Assembly (NCBI GenBank): GCA_022826725.1
Contig: JAJDUF010000011.1
Span: 101,000-164,999, forward strand
DNA from: Chloroflexota bacterium
GTDB taxonomy: Bacteria > Chloroflexota > UBA11872 > UBA12225 > JAJDUF01
Direction of reading: 5' to 3'
Length of the DNA: 64,000 bases
Position 1 is the first letter of the stretch. Every line of letters starts with the position of its first letter. This document shows, piece by piece, positions 20,801-32,214 of this stretch. A model generated the notes under the pieces. The model worked only from the letters and a program-made list of their open reading frames with translations, did not search any database and was not told where the DNA came from. A program made the position numbers and the translations under genes.

Positions 20801-23565
20801 CCGGGATTAAACCCTAATCTTAGGAACTCTTGCTTCACTTTGTCTCTTATGACAGTGAGGGGCACACGGCCGGGATAGTCGTTCATCATGCCCAAGAGTA
20901 CATCCCGCGCAGCGGAGTCGTTGCTTGAGCCACCCAAGATCCACAGGAGTAGCTCACTGTTGAGTCGAGGGTCGAACTGTGAATCCAAGTCCCGGTCTTG
21001 TGTTCCTTTGGCCCCCGAGAGCGCCTCTCCAAGTTTCTCGTTTACCGAAAGCAACCTGTCAATCCCGCCAGCCAAATCCGTGGCAGACCTTAGCGCGGCC
21101 TCAAAGGAGTCCCAGTATTCATCCAAAGCCTTGAGCAGCAGTATCCGCACCATATCTCGGTAATGGTCCTGCTCCATACCCGAGGCAAGCTTGGCGGCGT
21201 CTTGCCTGCTATCCGTAAAAATGAGTAGCTTGCGTGCGGGCTTACCGTTCTGCTTTAAGGGCATCTCTCTGGCCAAGGCGCCTGCGACAACTTGGCAAGC
21301 CTTTTGAAACCCGGTTCGATGCGGACGCAACGGAGTATCGTATTGGCGTCTCCGGTAGTCCGCATCGCAGCGCGGGCATTTGGGAGGAAGAGCGTCCTGT
21401 TGGTCAGCGTCTTGGCCTTGTATAGAATAGACCCACCCATCTATTTGGCCAGGCCTAGATGAAGTCGAACTACGAATGAGTCGGCCGGACTTGACATTGA
21501 GTTTGGCGCGCTCCCACCTCCGGTGAATTCTGTTGTGGGAGAACTCCATGTCTTCCGGCTCTCCATTCGGTTCGTCCTTGCCCAGTGGCCAGAACACCGC
21601 GTACTGGCCGTATCTTTGGTCACCCGAGACCCAGTTAGGCATATCCTCGACGTTAGGCCGGTCCGCCGCGAGAATCTCAACCGCATGGCCAGGCAAGTCA
21701 GCTTTGCCCCGGTAGCCGCCGAGCAAGATGTCGCCACACACTTCACATACGAGCAAGTCCAGTACCCGTCCGCTGCACAAGCAGGTAATACGATGCTGGG
21801 TATGCAGAGCGCCGACGGGACCAACAGCCCCTGAAGAACCACCACCAGCCTCCAATGTCTCCCGATGCATTTTCTCATCGCAGTCCGGGTTGGCACACAC
21901 CCACATACTCTGGACATTGTGAAAAAAGAAGTGTCCACGCACCGGCTGGGGCGACGTGCCGTCTGAATCCTTACGGCTCATTCCCAGAGCCAACAGCAGG
22001 CCACGCATGGCGTCCGAGACGGCCTTGTCGGTTCCTTGTTGCCCGAAGAGCACGCTGTCCAATTTGGAAACCTTGGTTGCGCGAATTTGGCCGCTTCCGC
22101 CGGCGACTACACAAGCATCGCGGATAGCTTCATCAGCCTTGACCTTCAACAGTGCTGCTCCCAATTCGTGCGCCGATTCAACCCCTCCCTCATGCACATG
22201 TCCCAAGGACGCAGCGAGTTCTGACATCGCCCTATCCATGCCGCTATTCTCTTCGGCCGTCGGCGGCTGCATGGGTTTCGACACCTTGGGCTGGGCCTTC
22301 TGAGCGAACGCCTCGAAAGCACCTTGGAATCGGCCCATTAGCTTGTGGGAATTAGCCTTGGGAGGCTCTTGGTCCTCTGATACGATCTCGAAATTGTCCC
22401 GCCCGAAGAACTCGCGCAGGAATTTCCGGGATGCCGCAGTGTCGGTAACACTAGCCGACGTCGCCAGCAAGACCAGTTGGTCGGAATCGGCGGACAGCCC
22501 CAAACGGTCCAGTAACAAGCGCAGAATGTAGGCGACTTCGGTACCCGGCGTTCCCCGGTAGGAATGAAGCTCATCAACGATCAGGAAGAACTTGTTGGCT
22601 TGGTCGGACCTGAGCCAAGCCCTGGTCCGTTCGAACATCGCCGCTTCCACCTGCCGCATCAACATGATGTTCAGCATGTGGTAGTTGGTGATGAGAATGT
22701 CGGGCGGGGTTTCTTGCATATCCCAGCGCGACCACATCTCGCCGCCGTCGATGTTTGGGAAGTAGTAGCGCACATCGGGAGGCAGGTCGTCATCTGCCCT
22801 GACGATAGCACTCTCCTCAGCCATCTGCTTCAGCCGCTCTCTGAGTCTCCTGACAGCAGACTCATTACCTGGGACGCCGGAAACTGGGGTAACTCCGGTG
22901 TATCGCCCAAAGTTCACTCGGTTCCCGCCCCGCTCGACATCAAGCCATCGCAAAACGGTGTCAGAGTCTAAGGTTTGCCGCAGTCGCCGGAGCTGGTCTT
23001 CAACCAGCGCGTTCAGCGGGTATAGCACCATGGCCCGAACGGCGTGCAACCCTTGGGCATTCCGTTTCGTATGACCCCACTGGCTTTGCCACTCGGACAC
23101 GTCATCCTCCCACCACTTTCTGTTGGCGGGAGGAGGCGAGTTGTCAGGCCAGCCGGCGGACTCTCTAGCCAACTCGGCCAACACCGGCAGCAGGAAACAC
23201 TCGGTCTTACCGGAACCTGTACCCGTCGTGACCACCAGGTCCTTCTTGTCTCGCAGTACGGTCCTGACACTTTCCCACTGGTGCTTCCACAGCCGAACAC
23301 CCGGATTTCCCAGCAAGCCCTGCGCCAGGCTCGGCAGGTCGCGGTATTCCCGAGGAAGTTGGGTACTGGCCTCGGCTAGTGTCAGGTTTGATGAAGGGTA
23401 CACTGGCGTCGGCTCCAACAACGGCGGCTGCGACAGCGTGTCCGATGCCGCATATAGAGCCCGTCTCTCCTCGGCCATGTTGGAGTAGCGCAGAGGGAAA
23501 GCACTTTCGATGTACTTCCGATAGACTGCGGTCAAGCGTTCGTAGGCACCAACAAGATCCTGCAT
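17881..23565 (-). CDS. Large DEAD/DEAH helicase with C-terminal DUF1998 (DruE-like)
   Basis: TGTGSGKTE, YPLNAL, VDELH, TSAS, FTDSRQDAA, TTTMEAGVDIG, QRVGRAGRR, CDTSCNRCL. Confidence 0.88.
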   Translation of the reverse strand: MQDLVGAYERLTAVYRKYIESAFPLRYSNMAEERRALYAASDTLSQPPLLEPTPVYPSSNLTLAEASTQLPREYRDLPSLAQGLLGNPGVRLWKHQWESVRTVLRDKKDLVVTTGTGSGKTECFLLPVLAELARESAGWPDNSPPPANRKWWEDDVSEWQSQWGHTKRNAQGLHAVRAMVLYPLNALVEDQLRRLRQTLDSDTVLRWLDVERGGNRVNFGRYTGVTPVSGVPGNESAVRRLRERLKQMAEESAIVRADDDLPPDVRYYFPNIDGGEMWSRWDMQETPPDILITNYHMLNIMLMRQVEAAMFERTRAWLRSDQANKFFLIVDELHSYRGTPGTEVAYILRLLLDRLGLSADSDQLVLLATSASVTDTAASRKFLREFFGRDNFEIVSEDQEPPKANSHKLMGRFQGAFEAFAQKAQPKVSKPMQPPTAEENSGMDRAMSELAASLGHVHEGGVESAHELGAALLKVKADEAIRDACVVAGGSGQIRATKVSKLDSVLFGQQGTDKAVSDAMRGLLLALGMSRKDSDGTSPQPVRGHFFFHNVQSMWVCANPDCDEKMHRETLEAGGGSSGAVGPVGALHTQHRITCLCSGRVLDLLVCEVCGDILLGGYRGKADLPGHAVEILAADRPNVEDMPNWVSGDQRYGQYAVFWPLGKDEPNGEPEDMEFSHNRIHRRWERAKLNVKSGRLIRSSTSSRPGQIDGWVYSIQGQDADQQDALPPKCPRCDADYRRRQYDTPLRPHRTGFQKACQVVAGALAREMPLKQNGKPARKLLIFTDSRQDAAKLASGMEQDHYRDMVRILLLKALDEYWDSFEAALRSATDLAGGIDRLLSVNEKLGEALSGAKGTQDRDLDSQFDPRLNSELLLWILGGSSNDSAARDVLLGMMNDYPGRVPLTVIRDKVKQEFLRLGFNPGGNSHKLSEYLVDGITYSWHECYTWTESTPKEKSQLPPQARRLLGMIDDSLTSELMFTLFQHATRTLESLGAGWATFKPPEETDDGVVNAVESIIRQMGVRRRYPGQAHFFGGDAIPQAGVDLPRNIRSFLDAASISKEQLIATLRNSNVGTLDGNTLGISPTDLYIIKGPQKNTQGQCKGWRCPRCSAFYLHRTGRISVCPDCTDVELEPGTTRESFDYYVYLAEESGPGFRLHCEELTGQTDDGDRHRRQRWFQEVFIGEEQNSERVDGVDLLSVTTTMEAGVDIGDLEAVMMANMPPRRFNYQQRVGRAGRRGAGVSLAVTFCRGRSHDDYYYQRPEQITGDPPPAPYVDVTSDTILKRVFVKELLRLAFVQLGAGGGDRFRDSVHGEFGPVADWANRVEEIRDWLNSPRNEGTIQAVLDALRLGTIWANGDGDTFCRKMIAYAKGPLIDEISSIANGASYHQEALSERLAHAGLLPMFGFPTDSRLLYTDVPRRASPWPPEHGTIDRDLSIAISQFAPGSQTVKDKTLHNACGVTEFYPRGNRVCTDSGFVPPLPGANPTSLHMCPDCQSVQFVVSGTEGYSCQVCNLPQVDPPLDAREPKGFFTDFTPEDYHGVFEWTPSSTVPTLAWDSGEANEQHLGNCGVSAFSGDILSVNDNGGQGGFEFQRASISGRQEWSEAYAVDPGPGRNSRVSVSGEVRKIALLSRRKTDVLLTGLQSWPVGVFADPLSAVGRAAWYSFAFFLRSSAAALMDVDTLEFNAGFRPFRERGERVVGQAFLSDTLQNGAGYCWWLGQPENFERLLREGDVGKTGSLVKIWAGGPHGEECDTSCNRCLRDFYNLSYHGLLDWRLSAEMARLALAPNAVLDLTSSWGLQDNPWQSLCRGSNAPVPVLLENLGYGEAAEIDCLQVYKHKGFNRVSIVRHPLWTDDHPIYRTVAMEAAQRFRGCKIDAVSPFEVIRHPASVLSQNE

Positions 23566-23568
23566 GGT

Positions 23569-24888
23569 CTATTTCTCCAAGAGATCGACGTTCAGTTTAC
23601 GGCACAGTGTCCGGGCCAGGTCCAATGGTATGCGGGGATAGCTCAACCATTCGGGGTTAGCAGTCCGCCCAGGAAGTAGCCCAGAAGCCAGCGTCAACGC
23701 CCGCTCGTAAAGTAACGGCCAGCGCTGCGACGCCGGAATGAGGAGTTCTCCGGAATCCGAATCGTGGATCGCCTCCACCTTCTCTTGGTCCGCCTCCAGT
23801 GCGAGGAAGCGTAGGCCGTACCAGTCGCCACGCAACCATCGGTTGAACGGCTCGTCGAAGAACAGGGTCATGGTCCGGCTGGAACCGTCACCATCGCGGC
23901 CTAGCCGGTACATTCCCAGCTCACCGTGCCAGATGCCGTTCTGTTCGTAAAGAGTGTCGCAGGCCTGGAACCCACCTTGTCGCTGCCACCTTTTGACGTC
24001 GTAAGCCGCGATGGGCAGCTTGGGGATGGAGTGCAGCGAGTCCTTCCATCCATTCAGGTCTGGTAATAGGTGAGCCAACTGGATCGAAGTTGACCCGGCT
24101 TCGACAACCCCGAGATCGGCGCCGCCGTTAGTGTCCCGGGGAAGGCTAGACCCCAACGCAATCCGTGGCGGCCCCGGATAGTGGGTCTGGCGTTTCTCGT
24201 TCAGCGACCACCGCTCTTCGAAAACTCGAATCAGCGATTCCGTGCGCTGCCCAGTCAGGAAACCGCTTGCGGGGTCATCGGGAAACCGCACCAGGGCGGC
24301 CGGAGAAGCTGCCCACCGTGAACCATCGCTGGAACGGTCGATGTGGCCGAGGAGATTGAACCGCCGGAATACCGAGCGGGCCTCCTGCCTATCATCAGCT
24401 ACCCTAAGGATCGCGCACGCCTGTGCGAACGCTTCCCAAGTGCCCTCGCCGCGGGCCGAAACCCAGTGCAGCAATCGCTCGGAACGGGCACATACTTCGG
24501 GAGAGGCCTCCTGTGGCTGCCAGGCATCGGATTGCTCGAACGGGTCGCCGGGATCTGCATATTCCAGCCGCCTGTATTGCAGCGAGTTAAAGCCGTGTAT
24601 CCGAATGTCCTGCCGCTGCACCATACCCTTTATCTGGCCCGGCTTCAGTGGATACTCCTCGTCAAACCTGATGCCCAGGCGTTGAAGGATCCTCCCCAAG
24701 CCACCGGGAATTCGGGGACTCTCGTCATCTACTCCCAAGAATACGTAGAACTGTCCCCGGGCATTTTTCTCTAGTTTTACCAGCGGTATCCGCGCAGCCA
24801 GTTCCGCATTCACCACGGTTGTGGTGATTTTCCGGAGAACGTCTTGGGGGGACCCGACTGCTCTAGCGTAAAAGTACTTTCTCTCCAC
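23569..24888 (-). CDS. Druantia-associated hypothetical protein
   Basis: Tight operon with helicase (3-nt gap); C-terminal WPLLYERALTLASGLLP motif. Confidence 0.65.
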   Translation of the reverse strand: MERKYFYARAVGSPQDVLRKITTTVVNAELAARIPLVKLEKNARGQFYVFLGVDDESPRIPGGLGRILQRLGIRFDEEYPLKPGQIKGMVQRQDIRIHGFNSLQYRRLEYADPGDPFEQSDAWQPQEASPEVCARSERLLHWVSARGEGTWEAFAQACAILRVADDRQEARSVFRRFNLLGHIDRSSDGSRWAASPAALVRFPDDPASGFLTGQRTESLIRVFEERWSLNEKRQTHYPGPPRIALGSSLPRDTNGGADLGVVEAGSTSIQLAHLLPDLNGWKDSLHSIPKLPIAAYDVKRWQRQGGFQACDTLYEQNGIWHGELGMYRLGRDGDGSSRTMTLFFDEPFNRWLRGDWYGLRFLALEADQEKVEAIHDSDSGELLIPASQRWPLLYERALTLASGLLPGRTANPEWLSYPRIPLDLARTLCRKLNVDLLEK

Positions 24889-24890
24889 AT

Positions 24891-26618
24891 TCAGCCCCCT
24901 CCCTGGCCAGAGAAGTTACCATTATTCAGGACACTACCACGCAAGATGTAATCACCGATCGGTGTACCAAAGGTCTCTGTAGGATTGGAAGGCTCCAATG
25001 AATCCCAGGAAAGCACCCTCATGTACCGTCTGTCTACCGATCTGTCGTTTTTCAGCACTTGGACGGAATAGTCACCGGCCGCGAGATGGGATAGATCAAC
25101 CGATGTGTTCGCGGTGACCATTTCATCCAGGGCAGGTTCACTGTCCGGTTGTGAGATGTTGGTCACTCTTATCTGCCAGTTGGGATCAAAGGATGTTATT
25201 GAGAGCTCAGGCAGATGTCCCTCAAGCCAGCTATCGCGCCGCCCGGTCGTTAGCCCACCCTTCAGAGAAATGGAGGCCCTGCCGCGAGGTCGAAGCTCAT
25301 GGAACAACTCATGCATCTGTGGAATTATGCCGTCCCAGTTGGCAGACAGTACCATACACTCCCGGTACTCGAACCATTCATCATAGTCCAATGCCTCTAC
25401 TGGATCTCCATCCCAGTTCAACAGTCCTTCGTCTTTGAGGATATTCAACTGTTCCTCGCACTCCTTCCGGCACAGTAGGAGAAAGGTCTCTCCAAGCCGA
25501 GGTGCTCCCCGGCTAGCGAATGTCCCTGAGGCGCTGTCGAACCGGTCACGAACGAGCACCCAGAAGCTCCGCGCCGGTAGGTGTAGCTCTTCAATCCGTG
25601 AATCCCCGCTAATCTGGTAAGTCTTGCCGCCAGCGGGGTGGACCTGCCACAATGGCCGGAACTGGCCATCCTTCTCTTGGTGCAGGGGCTCCGGCCTACC
25701 GTCGTGTATCACAGCCAAGTCCACGCCTAGCTCTCTGGCTTGGCGTCGGGGAAATAGGTGGTAGTCTATCGTACCGAATAGAGGGTCGAATTCCCGGTAC
25801 AGGCCTGCCGTCAATCGCCTTGGGCTTCGCCAACGGGCGGAGGTACCGTCGCCGGTGCTTGGCTGGTTCCAACCTATCATTGTATAGACCCCGTAGACGG
25901 CATCAACGATGGCATCGTATCTATCCGTAGTTGCTTCCTGTGCCAGGCTTCTAATGTGACTTGTGGAGAATCCGGTAGCGCGATTGAAAAACCAGGCGCC
26001 GACCCTTTCCCGGTCGGAGTCTCTGCCCAGTCCATCCTCCGCATTTCTGAAGTCCTCCTCCAACTTCCCTTTATCTCCTTCCCTCAAGAGTGATTGGGAC
26101 AAGGGATAATTGGTAAACTTTGTCGGCCCCTCAGGGCCGCGTTCAGCCGAAGGTTGCCACTCTTTACTCAGTATCCAACTGTTGAAAGCGACCCATAGCC
26201 CCTCCTCCGGTGCGCCGGGGGGCTTCAATCCGCTAGGGCGGCCCCTTTCTCCGCCCAGGTCCAGTATTTCCCGCAGTCGCGTAAAGTAGTTTATTTCGGC
26301 AATGTCGTCTTCCGGTGCCATGCGATGCGCGGCCAACACCATTGCGCCAAGAAAAGCTACATACGGTGGAGTGTCATCTGCCTGTTCCAGAGTTGCTGTC
26401 GGCAGCACGACTCGCCCGTTGGTAACACACTCGTTTCGGACGGCCGACTCAAAGTCCCGCACGGCGCTGGACAATCTGCCCTCGGCAAAGCTGCCAGCTC
26501 CAATTTCTATCAGGGCATCGTCATCCACGCTCAGGTAAAAGACATCTCCGGGGAGCATACCCTCCGTGAAGAATTTCGCGATCGCTTCATTCCACTCGAA
26601 GTAAGAAGCCATGAACAC
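24891..26618 (-). CDS. Druantia-associated protein (DruH/DruF-like N-terminus)
   Basis: YFEWNEAIAKFF...PPYVAFL..MVLAA...NYFTRL; first gene of the three-gene operon. Confidence 0.65.
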   Translation of the reverse strand: MFMASYFEWNEAIAKFFTEGMLPGDVFYLSVDDDALIEIGAGSFAEGRLSSAVRDFESAVRNECVTNGRVVLPTATLEQADDTPPYVAFLGAMVLAAHRMAPEDDIAEINYFTRLREILDLGGERGRPSGLKPPGAPEEGLWVAFNSWILSKEWQPSAERGPEGPTKFTNYPLSQSLLREGDKGKLEEDFRNAEDGLGRDSDRERVGAWFFNRATGFSTSHIRSLAQEATTDRYDAIVDAVYGVYTMIGWNQPSTGDGTSARWRSPRRLTAGLYREFDPLFGTIDYHLFPRRQARELGVDLAVIHDGRPEPLHQEKDGQFRPLWQVHPAGGKTYQISGDSRIEELHLPARSFWVLVRDRFDSASGTFASRGAPRLGETFLLLCRKECEEQLNILKDEGLLNWDGDPVEALDYDEWFEYRECMVLSANWDGIIPQMHELFHELRPRGRASISLKGGLTTGRRDSWLEGHLPELSITSFDPNWQIRVTNISQPDSEPALDEMVTANTSVDLSHLAAGDYSVQVLKNDRSVDRRYMRVLSWDSLEPSNPTETFGTPIGDYILRGSVLNNGNFSGQGGG

Positions 26619-26996
26619 ACCTCATGGTTTCACATCTGGCCGAGCGGTGCGAGGGTGCGTGGTCCTGTTGATGTTGCTCAGGTTCCTGCACCAAACACGA
26701 CGACTCAAACTTGCCCCTCTACAGACCACAGCCACTGCTTCCAATCACGATCCCGGCCTCTTCATACCACATGCCATGTTGGTTCTGCAAGGATAGGCAC
26801 TGGGACAGGCACTCGGATCGAACAGGCCGGGGGCTAGCAGCGATGAGCTGGCTCGGAGCGGAGGGGCAACGAGCAAGGGCACGGTCTGTTGGCGTGATGA
26901 AACAATGAACGATGGCGAGACGATCAGCTTCATATCGGGTTTGGCAGACCCAATCCGCAACCCGTTCGTACTGCCGCCTTTCCCATGCCCACCACC

Positions 26997-30143
<3,147 letters not shown>

Positions 30144-30224
30144 GGCATCCGTCCTGCCCTGGACATGACAAGCTCATTCCAATTGGGCAGTTGGCTCTTT
30201 CGCCGTGGCCCTATGTAGTCGTTG

Positions 30225-30605
30225 TCACGGTGCCGCTGAACGCTCTTCAATGATGACTTCGCCGTCGGCCCATGCTTCCAGCGTTACGCTACTGTCCCAG
30301 AGCAGGTCCATGCCCAGCAGCGGGACACTATCCGATTGCAGCACCAGCGCGTCAGCCAAGCGTCCGTGCCAGGATACCGTAGCGAGGTAGGTAGTGAATT
30401 CGAACGGCTCCCCACTGGCCAGCTCGAAGACTCGATAGCCGGCCGAGGGAAGGCCCAACCGCCGAATGGCATCCGGGGGTAGTGTCAAGTAGCCGGTGAA
30501 TCCAGTGTCTAGGACGACCTCCAATCCTTGGAGGCTGTCTGCGCTGTCCATAATATCTATGGTAATCAAAGCCTGCTGGTACTGGTTTACTTTCCCTCTG
30601 ATCAT
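30225..30605 (-). CDS. Clan AA (retropepsin-like) aspartic protease
   Basis: VLDTGFTG catalytic motif; PLLGMDLL. Confidence 0.85.
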   Translation of the reverse strand: MIRGKVNQYQQALITIDIMDSADSLQGLEVVLDTGFTGYLTLPPDAIRRLGLPSAGYRVFELASGEPFEFTTYLATVSWHGRLADALVLQSDSVPLLGMDLLWDSSVTLEAWADGEVIIEERSAAP

Positions 30606-30871
30606 GGCGTGAACGTCAAGCTCCCGCCGCCCATACTGTAGGCAGCGCGATATCCAACCCGCAGTCCATAGATGACGGCTTCCGACTGCCGCTGCTGCAA
30701 CCGCAGCGTAGCCGTTGCATCGTTGGCATCCAGTTCGTAGTCACCGGTCTCGATGTCAATGACCACGAACTTGCCGTGCTCCTGCGGCTCCACCAAGTGG
30801 CGGATCTTTTCCCGATAGATGGCCTCGCCACGGGCGCTCACCTCTCCGGGGCGGTAGGTCCGGTTCGCCAT
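30602..30871 (-). CDS. Small DUF5678-like partner of the aspartic protease
   Basis: MANRTY...GKFVVIDIETGDYE; GGAGG RBS; ATGA overlap with protease. Confidence 0.7.
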   Translation of the reverse strand: MANRTYRPGEVSARGEAIYREKIRHLVEPQEHGKFVVIDIETGDYELDANDATATLRLQQRQSEAVIYGLRVGYRAAYSMGGGSLTFTP

Positions 30872-30954
30872 AGTAGCCTCCCGTTGACAGTCGCCGATGG
30901 CGCCGCGTGTAACGGCTCCATACCAGTATACCGGGGGTTCGTTAGCGGGTGGGT

Positions 30955-31069
30955 CGCTCGGCGCCGGGGGTATCGGGTGCCATATCCGCCCGTGTGCTAC
31001 CTGCCAGCCGAGGCCGGTCAGCCAGGCGAGGTCAGCGTGCTCGACATCGGCTTCAGCGATGGTGGTCAT
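30955..31069 (-). pseudogene. hsdR: Decayed duplicate of the hsdR 5' end (copy 2)
   Basis: 31038-31069 matches hsdR 30112-30143 at 31/32; [23 protein letters not shown], then frameshift. Confidence 0.85.
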
Positions 31070-31578
31070 TTCGCCCAGTCCATGACGCCAGCGATTACGA
31101 GAAGGATTATGATAGCCAAAACTACGTGCAGTGCAGCGAACAGCATCGGCACCCAGCGTTCGATGCGTGTCACTGCTCGGTAGGTCTTGCCTTGCCCCTC
31201 CTCTGCCAAATCCCACTCATGCTTGTACACCGCCGCCGGCAGATGCTGCTCCAACTCGTGGATCAGGTCGAACTTGATGCGGTTCAGGTCGGTGTGTGAC
31301 TTGATGACCAAATACCAGACTGCGGAAACGGAAACTCCAGTGATGGGAACGAGCAGCGTCCAGTAGTGCTGGCCAAAACTTGCGGACTGTAGCCCGTACA
31401 GCGCGACGAGGGCCGCGTTGATGGTCAGTAGGTACTGGCTCGAAGCGACCCGGCGTGCGCTTACGTTCTCAGCAGACTGCACGTAGAGCTTGTACTGCTC
31501 CACAAGGTCCGCATGGAACGAGCCGCCGTAGGTCTGCTCGGAGCGATGGACTACAGGTTCTCGCGCCTGACTAGCCAT
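31066..31578 (-). CDS. Multi-TM membrane effector (RipA/SLATT-like)
   Basis: LVEQYKLYVQSAENVSARR...YLLTINAAL followed by hydrophobic helices. Confidence 0.7.
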   Translation of the reverse strand: MASQAREPVVHRSEQTYGGSFHADLVEQYKLYVQSAENVSARRVASSQYLLTINAALVALYGLQSASFGQHYWTLLVPITGVSVSAVWYLVIKSHTDLNRIKFDLIHELEQHLPAAVYKHEWDLAEEGQGKTYRAVTRIERWVPMLFAALHVVLAIIILLVIAGVMDWAK

Positions 31579-31581
31579 AGC

Positions 31582-31974
31582 CTACCTCGGCTTTGCAATG
31601 AGTTCCTTTAAAGTAGGCCACGTCCAGGGATGGATTTTCTTCCTTTTAGGCGCTGACTTCGGGCACGAGCATGTCTTGTTCCTGCGGCCCTTCAGCAGGA
31701 AGTACGGTTTCCCTGCCTGCTGCACCATCGTGACTTCCGCCTCCACACCCTTCGCCTGGTGCGTGTGTTCCCCGCAGATAACGATGGTGAGGTCCGTCCT
31801 GTCAATCAGATCTCGTACCTTCTTCCGCCAGCTTTCATCAAACGGTTCCTGCACAGACCAGTCCGTGATGCTGAACGGTGAATCAGGTCTTTCGGCCTGC
31901 GCTACGAGGTTGCCTCGCAGGTCGCTATCGTGGTCGTAGTCGAAGCTGATGAATGCACTCTTGGTAACCATCAC
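31582..31974 (-). CDS. Stand-alone TIR domain (MTH538/ThsB-like)
   Basis: AFISFDYDHD, DWSVQEP, IVICGEHT, GVEAE (putative catalytic Glu). Confidence 0.85.
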   Translation of the reverse strand: MMVTKSAFISFDYDHDSDLRGNLVAQAERPDSPFSITDWSVQEPFDESWRKKVRDLIDRTDLTIVICGEHTHQAKGVEAEVTMVQQAGKPYFLLKGRRNKTCSCPKSAPKRKKIHPWTWPTLKELIAKPR

Positions 31975-32027
31975 TGCCTCCTAGTCTATTGGCAAACGTC
32001 ATCCAGTACCGCTGCGGGCCGGCTGCG

Positions 32028-32185
32028 AGTCAGTTCGGCGAGGGTGTTCCGCACCTGCCGTTCCAGAATCAGTTGTCCGCAGTCGGCCCACTCGGCGCCG
32101 GGAGTATCGGGTGCGTTGCCCGGCCCGTGCGCCACCTGCCAGCCAACGGCAGACCGTCAGGCCAAGGTGGCGGCTTCGGTGAGGA
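32028..32185 (-). pseudogene. hsdR: More decayed duplicate of the hsdR 5' end (copy 3)
   Basis: 24-nt identity CGGCCCGTGCGCCACCTGCCAGCC with 30060-30083; reads [25 protein letters not shown]. Confidence 0.8.
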
Positions 32186-32214
32186 CAACTATCGTCCATC
32201 TACCATACCTTGTG

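Noticed and set aside
30872-31216. 204-aa ORF 30602-31216 as a single gene
   Set aside because: Chimeric read-through of the hsdR scar into the real 89-aa gene starting at 30871
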